Source: Promethearchaeota archaeon Loki_b31 (GTDB lineage Archaea > Asgardarchaeota > Lokiarchaeia > Sigyniarchaeales > SOKP01). Taken from it: a stretch of DNA of 44,153 nt. The notes beneath the pieces were generated by a model. The model was given only the letters and a program-made list of their open reading frames with translations. It had not been told where the DNA came from and searched no databases. The position numbers and the translations under genes are program-made. The first letter of the stretch is position 1; the number at the start of each line of letters is the position of its first letter. Shown here piece by piece: positions 10,212-19,280 of this stretch. The stretch spans positions 1 to 44,153 of the forward strand of contig NJBI01000028.1 of NCBI GenBank assembly GCA_005222975.1, in the 5' to 3' direction.

Positions 10212-10405
10212 AAAATAAATAAGCAGAATTTAAATCATCATTACTAGCGTCGAATGGATTAATATCCATTATCGGTCATTTGAAAACCACCTTTATAAAA
10301 TCGTGTTCTCAAGTCCTGTATTCGGACATAAGACTTCCTTGTCGCACTTTTTCATTTAAATATAACCGTCATAATAAGGTAGTAAAAGAATTATGATAAT
10401 AAATT

Positions 10406-11017
10406 ATGACAGACTATATTGAAGATCCTTATATGGGATCTGAATACGATGAAATTTTTAATGATTGGTATGAAATTGAGGGAGAGAGAAAAATAAAAGA
10501 ACTTTCACGCCAACTCCGAACCTTTTTTAATTATAAGGCTGAAGTGATAAGATATCGATTTCGAATCAGTTCAAATCTGGCCGAAAATTTTACAAACACT
10601 AAATTTATTAGTCGAAAGAAAGAAATTGAATCATTAACTCATGATTTTATAACTTTGCTGAAGAGGTTAAAAAAACCCACCCAAACACTTGAGGAAGGGA
10701 TTCGATCTCTCTTTTTTAACAATGATAAAGCATGTTTTAATAAACTTTCAGCCATAACTGAGAAATTGTCCATGTTACTTCACTATTTTTCAGAGGAAAG
10801 CCTTCACAATCATCCAAAATTTCTCAAATTTAGCGTGATATTAGTACAACACCTTTGTTTGATGAAAAAATGCTTGAATGCACAATTTAGCGAATTTTTT
10901 GAGGAGCTTGAAATAAACTACAACAATTTAGAAGAAGAACTTGAAGATTTAATCGAAATCACGCCAATTAAGAAGAAACAATCAAAAAAACAATTTGAGG
11001 AGAGATTAACTTCATGA
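10406..11017 (+). CDS. Hypothetical helical protein with acidic N-terminus, coupled to downstream nuclease gene
   Basis: 203-aa ORF; its TGA overlaps the next ATG (ATGA at 11014-11017). Confidence 0.75.
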   Translation: MTDYIEDPYMGSEYDEIFNDWYEIEGERKIKELSRQLRTFFNYKAEVIRYRFRISSNLAENFTNTKFISRKKEIESLTHDFITLLKRLKKPTQTLEEGIRSLFFNNDKACFNKLSAITEKLSMLLHYFSEESLHNHPKFLKFSVILVQHLCLMKKCLNAQFSEFFEELEINYNNLEEELEDLIEITPIKKKQSKKQFEERLTS

Positions 11018-13170
11018 AAGCATATACTAACGTATCACGGAAAAATGTGGGAGAGGATCGAGTAGCAATCTGCCCAAATTTTGGATGTGAGTACATGACA
11101 CGAGTTAAACCTCTTAAATTTAGGTTCTTAGGTTTTGGTAAGCATCCTAAATGCAAGAAACATCGAATCCCTTTAGTTTATGTTGATAAAAGAATCGGTG
11201 ATTTCATGGATGCTGCCCTAGCGTGTTTTTTTGATAAAGCAGGACTTCCTCCAAGTGAATTACTCGAGGATGTAAAATCGAAATTCCCTGACGAATTTAA
11301 CTCGTTTGTAGAAGGATGGATGTATTGCATCACGGTTGGAAGAGGAGCGCCCATAGTTTCACGTTATATGGATACAATTTCAAATGCATATCTCAAGCAA
11401 TTGACCAAGAAACAAATTAAGGCACTTAAAAAAGGATATGATTCTAAGCCAAATCTCGTGAATAAAGCAATTAAGGATGGAATGGATGAAATTACTATCC
11501 AATATACGAGGATTCTCAAGCACTTGAGAGCTCATTCCGAGATCCTCGTTGATCATCAAAAACTTCAATCATTTTCTAGAAGCCTCCAAAATTACTTGAA
11601 GGATTGGCAAGAAATTATATTAAAGCGCAATGAGATCGTTAATTCTCCAGAAAACAAGCGCGAAATGACTTTAAAAGAGACCAAGTTTAATTATGATCAA
11701 ATCCTAAACATTGGCACATGTCGATCCCTTCTCGGATTAAATCCTGAAAGTAAAGAAGTAAAGAAAGCGGGATTAACCGCATTTGATAGATTTTCTGTAT
11801 ATCACGAATTTTATAGTGAAGGTTTAACTTCGAAATTTACTAAATCAGATATCAGTAACATAATTTCAGAAAGTAAATTAAATAATCATCACCAACCTGA
11901 TATAGATAAGGCTCAATGCGGTTTAAATAATAATAATATCTCATTTTTTGAAAAGTTTAAGGATCAAAATATATTTTTACAGAATTTACAAGAATTAAAT
12001 GGATTTTGCTTAGAAATGGATGATTTTAATAATAATAGTGAAAAAAGAATATTAACAATATCGGTCGAAGTAAAAGAAAAAATCTTTAATGAAGTTGGGA
12101 GGGAAATTGAAAAAATTAAAAAGGGATTAAAACCTAAATCGCTCGCAAAAATTTGGAGAGATTCTTTCCAAGATGTAATTAGTCAGAAACATTTATTAAA
12201 TATTGTTAAAGAAAGATTCTTCGAAATATATGAGAAAATCTGGGGTTCTAAAGCATTAAAGAAGCCATCAACTTATCGTAAGACCGATAGACTGCATATT
12301 GAAGATGTAGAAAAAATCATAACTGAAAAGAGAGGTAAGTTAATAAACACCTTCAGGAAAGAAAAGGATACAGAATTCTATCTTAGAATTTTATGTAAAA
12401 ATAAACATATATTTGAAATAGCAAAGAGTGAATTAAAAAGAGGAAGATGGTGTCCTAAAGAAAGTAAATCTTGTCCTAAAACTGATGAAGAACATAGAAA
12501 AGGTATAAGAGATATTATTTCTGCTAAAAATGGTACGATAATAGACTCATACAAAAAACAAGGAGATGGTGATTATTACTTTAAAATTCAATGTGATAAA
12601 AATCATATATTTATTAAGAGAAAAACAGCATTAGTTAGAGGTAGATGGTGTCCCTATTGTAATGAAGGAAAGTATGAAAAAATAATATTATGGTATTTTA
12701 GTAAAATTTTATCTCATATTATTGGAAAAAAAATTTGTTTTAAAAAAGTAATGCTTTGTAGTGTCCTTGACTGTTCTAATATTAAAAAAAAGATTCCAGA
12801 AAGATATAAAGATCTTACTATTTCTAATATGCATTTTGATGGATTCTTCAAGCTAGAAATAGGTAATCAAATATTTAATATAGTTATTGAATATCAAGGA
12901 TCTCAACATTATGAATTCCCAAATAGATTTAACGATAATACTAATAAAGGGAGAAGTGATTTTCTAAAAGCTCAGTTAGGAGACAATTTCAAAAGATGGT
13001 TAGATTTTGAAAAAAACATAATTTTGATTGAATTTCCTTATAACATAGATAAATCAATGAGTCATCCGAAGAGAATCAGAGATTTTATCGTATCAAGATT
13101 GAGACAAAAATTAAATATTAGTATTGGTCGAATTCCCGAATTCAATCATATAACGCAAGGAATATTTTAA
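11014..13170 (+). CDS. Multidomain protein: N-terminal Cys/His Zn motif, two Zn-ribbon repeats, C-terminal PD-(D/E)xK (Vsr/DUF559-like) endonuclease
   Basis: CPNFGC...HPKCKKH; repeats CKNKHIF..KRGRWCPK and CDKNHIF..VRGRWCPYC; HFDGFF...IVIEYQGSQHY...DNFK nuclease motif. Confidence 0.75.
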   Translation: MKAYTNVSRKNVGEDRVAICPNFGCEYMTRVKPLKFRFLGFGKHPKCKKHRIPLVYVDKRIGDFMDAALACFFDKAGLPPSELLEDVKSKFPDEFNSFVEGWMYCITVGRGAPIVSRYMDTISNAYLKQLTKKQIKALKKGYDSKPNLVNKAIKDGMDEITIQYTRILKHLRAHSEILVDHQKLQSFSRSLQNYLKDWQEIILKRNEIVNSPENKREMTLKETKFNYDQILNIGTCRSLLGLNPESKEVKKAGLTAFDRFSVYHEFYSEGLTSKFTKSDISNIISESKLNNHHQPDIDKAQCGLNNNNISFFEKFKDQNIFLQNLQELNGFCLEMDDFNNNSEKRILTISVEVKEKIFNEVGREIEKIKKGLKPKSLAKIWRDSFQDVISQKHLLNIVKERFFEIYEKIWGSKALKKPSTYRKTDRLHIEDVEKIITEKRGKLINTFRKEKDTEFYLRILCKNKHIFEIAKSELKRGRWCPKESKSCPKTDEEHRKGIRDIISAKNGTIIDSYKKQGDGDYYFKIQCDKNHIFIKRKTALVRGRWCPYCNEGKYEKIILWYFSKILSHIIGKKICFKKVMLCSVLDCSNIKKKIPERYKDLTISNMHFDGFFKLEIGNQIFNIVIEYQGSQHYEFPNRFNDNTNKGRSDFLKAQLGDNFKRWLDFEKNIILIEFPYNIDKSMSHPKRIRDFIVSRLRQKLNISIGRIPEFNHITQGIF

Positions 13171-13281
13171 AATGTTTTAAGAAAACAATGTAATTAAACT
13201 ATACTCCCCCGACAAAAAAATCTAACTAATAATTTGTTAAATTAACTTTTTTTTTCATTAATTTCAAGTACTCTTTTGGTT

Positions 13282-14538
13282 TTAAAACGATATTTTAGAA
13301 AAATCTGTAATCGCGAAGATAACAATACATACTGCTAACAGAATTGAAATGTAAATAAACGCCCAAGTAAACGAGAATGCGTCATATAAATAGCCGAAGA
13401 TCAAAGCCTCAACCATACTAATGAATCCAACCGATAAATAGTAATACCCATAAGCTCGTCCTCTTTTTTCTTCACCTGCTAGGTCAGCTATAAATGCTCT
13501 TGAGATTGGATCCACAGAGGCTAGGTAAAAGCCGTGCATGATGTAAATTACAATAATTAAAACTATTGAAAAAAGAGAGACTTCAATAGGAAAAGCTAAA
13601 ATAACACAAGATAGTAGTAATATCGATAATCCGATCACGATCATCGGTTTTCGGCCAATTTTATCGGACAAGGAGCCATTTATTGGAGAAAAAATTGTAT
13701 AAACTATGTTCAATATAAGATAAAAAACAGGTATAAGGTAAATTAAATTGGAAGGAATATAGTCTAATGCTCTAATAATTAAAAATACGACATCTAAACT
13801 GGCAAATTCAATAACTCCAAGAATAACGATTAATTTTATGAAATTTTTATCAATCTTTTCACTCTTTTCTTTTCTAATTTTTTTCCCAAGTTTTTTATCT
13901 AACTCTTCTGGAGAAACATCTTTAACTGGAAGAATTAGGGCAATTGCAATACATCCAGGAATTATTGAGAAAAATATTATTTGTGAATAGCTCCATGCGT
14001 AAAATAATAAAAGAAATGCAAGTAATGAGCCAAGAACCGCTCCTAATGTATCCATAGCACGATGCAATCCAAATGCCTTTCCTTTTTTAGTAGCGTAAAA
14101 AGAAATAAGAGCGTCTCTCGAAGATGTTCTCAATCCTTTACCTACTCGATCTGTTGCTTTTAACCCTAAAACCATTTCCCATGAAGGACTCAACCCTATT
14201 AATGGTTTTGAAAGGTTCGATAAGGAATATCCAGCTACAATAAAAGGTTTTCTTTTGTTTATTTTATCGCTCATCCAGCCGGTAATTCCTTTTAAAATGT
14301 TCGCAATAGCATTTGTAATTCCTGAAATTAGCCCTAAAATTAGCACACTTCCTCCAATTTCTAAAATAAACAAAGGTAATATGCTTTGAATGCTTTCGCT
14401 AGAAATATCTGTAAACAATGATACTAATCCCATCAAAAATACTGGAATTGAAACTCCAAATATCATTCTTCGTCTTTTTATTGATTTACCAATTGTTTGG
14501 CTATTTGTAGGTTTTTTTTCTTCTTTGCTCATAATCAA
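13282..14538 (-). CDS. MFS transporter
   Basis: About 12 TM segments; motif A twice (GWMSDKINKRK, GSLSDKIGRK); DRVGKGLRTSSRDALI, AFGLHRAMDTLGA. Confidence 0.95.
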   Translation of the reverse strand: MIMSKEEKKPTNSQTIGKSIKRRRMIFGVSIPVFLMGLVSLFTDISSESIQSILPLFILEIGGSVLILGLISGITNAIANILKGITGWMSDKINKRKPFIVAGYSLSNLSKPLIGLSPSWEMVLGLKATDRVGKGLRTSSRDALISFYATKKGKAFGLHRAMDTLGAVLGSLLAFLLLFYAWSYSQIIFFSIIPGCIAIALILPVKDVSPEELDKKLGKKIRKEKSEKIDKNFIKLIVILGVIEFASLDVVFLIIRALDYIPSNLIYLIPVFYLILNIVYTIFSPINGSLSDKIGRKPMIVIGLSILLLSCVILAFPIEVSLFSIVLIIVIYIMHGFYLASVDPISRAFIADLAGEEKRGRAYGYYYLSVGFISMVEALIFGYLYDAFSFTWAFIYISILLAVCIVIFAITDFSKISF

Positions 14539-14582
14539 ATCCTAATTTTTATTAGAATTTTAAGTTTTTTAAATTAAGTTTT

Positions 14583-14601
14583 GATATCGAATTTCGATAT
14601 C
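14583..14601. promoter_or_regulatory. Perfect 19-bp palindrome, candidate PadR operator
   Basis: GATATCGAA-T-TTCGATATC between the divergent MFS and PadR genes, about 45 bp upstream of the MFS start. Confidence 0.7.
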
Positions 14602-14791
14602 GATTATGGATAATATTAATGTATGAGAGATATATAAATATTGTGAAATCTCTATCTTTTAGTTTTTAAACACTTTAATTATGTTAACCAAATATTAATA
14701 TTTCAGTTTACCTTTAATATTAAATGTATTAAAGTTTTAATTTAATTATATCACAAAAAAATAAGAAAAAATATAAATTAATTAATTGAAT

Positions 14792-15100
14792 ATGAATCCC
14801 TTATCAAAATTTAAGAAAGGAGCGATTATCGTCCATATTTTATATCATGCTAAAAAAGAAGCCATATATGGAGCTTGGCTTAAAGAAGAATTAAGGAAAC
14901 ACGGTTATGATATTTCTTACGGAACATTATACCCATGGTTAGCTAGATTAACTAATTCTGGTTATTTGCATGTTAATGAAAAAAATATTAATGGAAAAAT
15001 TCGCAAATATTATTCAATTACTAAGGAAGGAGAAAAACATTTCCAAAAAATAAAACAGTATCTAAAAGAACTTTATAACGAAGTTATGGAAGAAAAATAA
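14792..15100 (+). CDS. PadR family transcriptional regulator
   Basis: IYGAWLKEEL..HGYDISYGTLYPWL...RKYYSITKEG wHTH signature. Confidence 0.93.
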   Translation: MNPLSKFKKGAIIVHILYHAKKEAIYGAWLKEELRKHGYDISYGTLYPWLARLTNSGYLHVNEKNINGKIRKYYSITKEGEKHFQKIKQYLKELYNEVMEEK

Positions 15101-15204
15101 ACTTAAAAATTCTAAAATTGAACGAAAAATATCTACCATAAACTTAATCTTAATATTTGAGAATTTCTTACTTTAAAAATTTACTCTAGTAATATTATAA
15201 TAAG

Positions 15205-16941
15205 TTATATATTTACGAATAAATGGAGTGCTCCACCAATTCCTATGGCGTTTGAAATTACCGCAGCGAAGAAAAGCTGTATTATGACAAACGAGCTTAA
15301 TATCACGGTACTAAATCGTTTAGTGTTTTCATAAATTAATGTATTTTGAATTATCGCGTATAAGAATATGAGATACATAAACATAACTGAAGGAAAGAAT
15401 GCCCAAGCCCATGTTAACGTCATTAAATTGATTTGAACGTAAATTGCGATAAGAATTATCCAAAGGGATTTTTTTCGCTCATCTTTTAAGAAATTTAACT
15501 GGGGATATAAAACTTTTCTATATAAAATTTCCATAGAGAAATATATTGGAAATGCTATCCATGCCGCTAGAACAGAGTTAAAAAAATTGGAAGGCCACAT
15601 AAAAGCAAAGGGGTAAGAAAAGCTTAATATTAAATATATTACTATAAAATAAACATTACTTAAAATAGCATAAATAAAATATTTTAATTGAAATTCAGAT
15701 TTAATTAACTCTTTAAATTGATGTATATCAAATTTTACTCTTTTTTCTTTTAAATCTCTAAGATAATAAATTAATTTAACGGTAAAGAAAACAATGGTTA
15801 TATTGAGCGAAGCTAAAAAAATACCCACAAGACCAAATAATCTTTCAAAAATCTCCCAATTAAGCAGAAAAATTGTAGTATATAATATTATTTTCAAAAT
15901 TTGCTTTAATTTTTTAGCCTTAACCTTAATTTTTGATATGGGAACATCATTTTTTACCGAATTTTTTTGTATAATGTCTTCCTTATCCCTGAAAAATTTT
16001 GAAGTGTAAGATATCAAAGAAAGAACAATTAAAACTAATAATAATAAAGTGACAAAAAGGACAACGTAGTTTACAAGAAAGGTAATATTTATTGGTCCGT
16101 TTATAGTTTCAGATTTAAAAAAATAATTTTCGAACCATTTAATTGACTCGATTAAAACCACATTGGAAAATAATTGGTGTCCACCACCTATCAAAGGTTC
16201 TGTTATAGGAATTACTGTACAATCTGTTAAATTTTTCGCTACTAATGCTTGACTGGTAAAATCTAGTACCTCATCATCCACATGCATTATAATTAGTAAA
16301 TTATTTGTGTTAGTTTTATTCAATAAGTTTACCGGTATATACGGATCGTAATTATCAGTATTTACGACACCTAATTGTTGAGAATCAATATTTACTAAAG
16401 GAGCCCAAGTAACTGTAACGTTAAAGCGTGGGTCTAACGCTTGGTTCATAAGTACAATCATCCCTCCTAAAGAATGGCCTATCAATCCAATCTGAGAAGA
16501 ATTGACATTTGAATAAAAAGGCAATGTTTCGAGTTTATCCAGTAGTTTAGAACAATCTTGAGCTAAAGCGGGTATGTCTGTAGTTGGATCAATATTTATA
16601 ATATTACCGCTACTTTCACCGTGACCTTGATAATCTAAAGCTACAAGAAAAAAACCCCTTTTGGTGAATTCGATTGGAATTCTCAGATCAAAATCTCGTT
16701 GACTTCCTATCCCATGACAGTAAATAATTAAAGGTCTTTGGTCTTGAAATCCTAAATTTTTTGAAGGGTAATATAGATTAGCATAAAGAGTAGCTCCAGA
16801 AGATTGGTATTCGATTCTATCATAACGGGAATAACTTATCGATTTATCATAGGCTAAATAGGAAAGAGAGATCACCAATAAAATGATTAAAATCATTATC
16901 CTTTTAAAAAATTGGGCATCCTCCCTGTCAATAATACTCAT
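15205..16941 (-). CDS. Membrane-anchored alpha/beta hydrolase with polytopic C-terminal membrane domain
   Basis: N-terminal TM, CHGIG, DYQGHGES, nucleophile GHSLGG, Asp (DDEVL) and His (GGGHQ); multiple C-terminal TMs. Confidence 0.88.
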   Translation of the reverse strand: MSIIDREDAQFFKRIMILIILLVISLSYLAYDKSISYSRYDRIEYQSSGATLYANLYYPSKNLGFQDQRPLIIYCHGIGSQRDFDLRIPIEFTKRGFFLVALDYQGHGESSGNIINIDPTTDIPALAQDCSKLLDKLETLPFYSNVNSSQIGLIGHSLGGMIVLMNQALDPRFNVTVTWAPLVNIDSQQLGVVNTDNYDPYIPVNLLNKTNTNNLLIIMHVDDEVLDFTSQALVAKNLTDCTVIPITEPLIGGGHQLFSNVVLIESIKWFENYFFKSETINGPINITFLVNYVVLFVTLLLLVLIVLSLISYTSKFFRDKEDIIQKNSVKNDVPISKIKVKAKKLKQILKIILYTTIFLLNWEIFERLFGLVGIFLASLNITIVFFTVKLIYYLRDLKEKRVKFDIHQFKELIKSEFQLKYFIYAILSNVYFIVIYLILSFSYPFAFMWPSNFFNSVLAAWIAFPIYFSMEILYRKVLYPQLNFLKDERKKSLWIILIAIYVQINLMTLTWAWAFFPSVMFMYLIFLYAIIQNTLIYENTKRFSTVILSSFVIIQLFFAAVISNAIGIGGALHLFVNI

Positions 16942-17084
16942 ATTAGAAGTTCCAGTATTTTATTTAATTTCAGAAATATAATTTTTAATTAAATTTGTTA
17001 TTGTTATAATTTATACTAGGTTTAACTTATATATTTTAATTAAATTTATAATTATTAATTAAAAAACATATATTGTGATTTCTA

Positions 17085-17798
17085 ATGTCAGAAAAAAAAA
17101 CCTTAGAGATAATTGATGGCACTCTTCGCTCTGTTTCCGAAAATTTTCAAAAATTTATAGAGGTTTTAGAAACTGCCAAAAACGAGCTAATTGTTTTAGA
17201 AAAGGATAAAGAAGAGCTTAGCCGGGAAAAAGAATTGCTTGAAGGAGAAAAGAATCAATTAGAAGAAGCTACGAAAATGTTAGAGGGCGATAAAAAACAA
17301 TTAGAAGTTGAAAAAACTAGCTTAGAAAGTGAAAAGAAAAAACTGGAAGAAGCAACTAAACAGCTTGAAAAAGAAAAACAAGAAAGAGATCAGAAAATTG
17401 GTTCATTGTCGGAAGAACAAAAGAGATTATTAAAAGAATACGCAAGCTTAAAAGTAGAATTGAAAAAATTAGCGAAAATAGCAGAAGAAAGTCAAGATTC
17501 AGAATTTGATTTTGGAAGAATCAAAGCGTTACTTTCAATAACTCAACTCTTAATCTCCGAAATATGGCAGGGACAACCCCATTATCGAATTCTTTTGACG
17601 CTCCACGGTGACAAGGAAAAAATGTCGCGCGAACAAATCAAGAATACTACCGGGATTGCCGGTGCTATGGTTTTAAGAGCCGTTCATGAATTATCTAAGA
17701 TTGGTGTACTAGAATACGACGAAGATACTGCGATGGTAACATTAAAGAAGAGATTATTCGCTAAAAAATCTTTAGAAGAGAAAAAACCAGAAAAATAA
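17085..17798 (+). CDS. Coiled-coil protein with C-terminal winged-helix domain
   Basis: Heptad repeats (LEKDKEE/LEGEKNQ/LEEATKM/LEGDKKQ...), then YRILLTLHG..MSREQIKNTTGIAGAMVLRAVHELSKIGVLEYD. Confidence 0.75.
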   Translation: MSEKKTLEIIDGTLRSVSENFQKFIEVLETAKNELIVLEKDKEELSREKELLEGEKNQLEEATKMLEGDKKQLEVEKTSLESEKKKLEEATKQLEKEKQERDQKIGSLSEEQKRLLKEYASLKVELKKLAKIAEESQDSEFDFGRIKALLSITQLLISEIWQGQPHYRILLTLHGDKEKMSREQIKNTTGIAGAMVLRAVHELSKIGVLEYDEDTAMVTLKKRLFAKKSLEEKKPEK

Positions 17799-17800
17799 CT

Positions 17801-18781
17801 CTATTTTGGAACTAATTTCTCTGGATCCTTTATTTCTAACCCCGCATTTACCCCTATATCGTCAATAATTAATTGGTTATCCTTTTTATTGTACAATTTT
17901 AATTCAATTTTAGAATTAATACTCTCTGCAATATGACCTAACATTTCTCCTGACGAAGGGGCTTTTAAATTACCAAAATCACTGCCTTTTTTGAAAATTT
18001 TAAATTCAAGTCTATACTTTTTATCTTCTATTTGAATTTGGATAGAATCTACTTCGATTTCTATTGAGCGAACTTTTGCTCTAGTATAGGTTGCAAATTT
18101 GTAAAATTTCCCCTCGTGCCAAAGAGCGCTAAGAAAACCATTAAATTGCATTCCCAAAAAGGGTATTATCGCAATTGAGAACATAAAAGAAAGATTTGGG
18201 TTTGAAAAATGATTTGATTGCGTCCATATCCATGCGCTAGGAAAGGATTTTCCCCAATCTTTTTCCATATACCCTTTACCTCCATCAAAATTTACGGACG
18301 CTCCATTAATTTCTAAAGTCCCCCTAATGTTGTGGTTCATACTAACAACACCATGATAAGTTTCCATAAATGGCATATATGAAAACCAACCCATAACTCC
18401 TGGTTGTAAAAATTTTTTAGGCCACGAAATAAGATTTATATATTCGAGATCCCCTTTAATAATATGACCTTGTTGGTCTATTTCAATATGAATTCTGTCA
18501 AGTGAGAAGTAATTTTTTCCTATACGAATCTCATATTTCTTGCTGGAAAGATTTTCAAACTCTTCTAAGGGATATTTAAAATATTCAGCAGTTGCTTTAA
18601 TGCCGTCTAAAAATTGTATAAATGCGTGTGAAGTTTTTTCTTTTTTATTCAGCGCAATTGCAGGGATAATAGCATAAATATGTTTTGCTGGACTATCAAC
18701 TAACTTATTGTACCACCCTTCAAAATAAATTTTTTTTTTCAATGAACCTTGAAAGGTTGTTGGATTTGATTTTTTTCCCAT
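17801..18781 (-). CDS. Tocopherol cyclase family protein
   Basis: YFEGWY, PGVMGWFSYMPFMETYHGVVSMNH, GKGYMEKDWGKSFPSAWIWTQSNHF. Confidence 0.88.
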   Translation of the reverse strand: MGKKSNPTTFQGSLKKKIYFEGWYNKLVDSPAKHIYAIIPAIALNKKEKTSHAFIQFLDGIKATAEYFKYPLEEFENLSSKKYEIRIGKNYFSLDRIHIEIDQQGHIIKGDLEYINLISWPKKFLQPGVMGWFSYMPFMETYHGVVSMNHNIRGTLEINGASVNFDGGKGYMEKDWGKSFPSAWIWTQSNHFSNPNLSFMFSIAIIPFLGMQFNGFLSALWHEGKFYKFATYTRAKVRSIEIEVDSIQIQIEDKKYRLEFKIFKKGSDFGNLKAPSSGEMLGHIAESINSKIELKLYNKKDNQLIIDDIGVNAGLEIKDPEKLVPK

Positions 18782-18872
18782 ATTTAAAACCTTATTATTT
18801 ACTCATTTTTCAATTAAAAATTCAATTTATTTCTATTTTAGTTTATAATATTGAATATTTTTATTAATTATC

Positions 18873-19277
18873 TTAATTCAACAATGAGAATACTTTTAAT
18901 AGAACAATTAATTTTCTAATACCTCTGATTTTTACCTTGCGCGTTAAGATTTTTTTTCCTAAGCCTATCATCGTAATTCTTTTCATGGATATAGCTAAAA
19001 ATGTCTGAGTATCCATCTCTAAATAAGCGTCCCAACCAATTATTTTCTTTTTTAAATTTTCTTTCGGCTTATTTGATATACTTTCGACTCTTAATTCGCC
19101 ACAATCAAGAATAATTAATGCCGCAAAATTTACATTAACAGCATTTAAAAGAAATTGGAGATTTGTTCCGCTAAATTTTTTTTTAAATTTTTCATTTTCG
19201 TTTAAAGGAGCTAGTGATTTTGCTATAATTCCTGCAAAACCTCTTATTTTTTTCTCCTTTAAATTTATAGCGTTCAT
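18873..19277 (-). CDS. SCP2 sterol/lipid-binding domain-like protein
   Basis: 134 aa; DAYLEMDTQTFLAI...ILTRKVKIRG..KL pattern resembles the SCP2 C-terminal half. Confidence 0.6.
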   Translation of the reverse strand: MNAINLKEKKIRGFAGIIAKSLAPLNENEKFKKKFSGTNLQFLLNAVNVNFAALIILDCGELRVESISNKPKENLKKKIIGWDAYLEMDTQTFLAISMKRITMIGLGKKILTRKVKIRGIRKLIVLLKVFSLLN

Positions 19278-19280
19278 ATT

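Larger units (their letters stand above)
7999..13452. mobile_element. Putative ~5.4 kb inserted island bounded by duplicated MFS 3' ends; no integrase or transposase
   Basis: Imperfect direct repeats 7837-7995 and 13291-13449 (offset 5454) enclose accessory genes (SWIM protein, hypothetical, nuclease). Confidence 0.65.

Noticed and set aside
10339-13215. TTGTCG / CGACAA as terminal inverted repeats of the nuclease cassette
   Set aside because: Only 6 bp, no target-site duplication, and CGACAA also occurs elsewhere (near 7806 and 39847).
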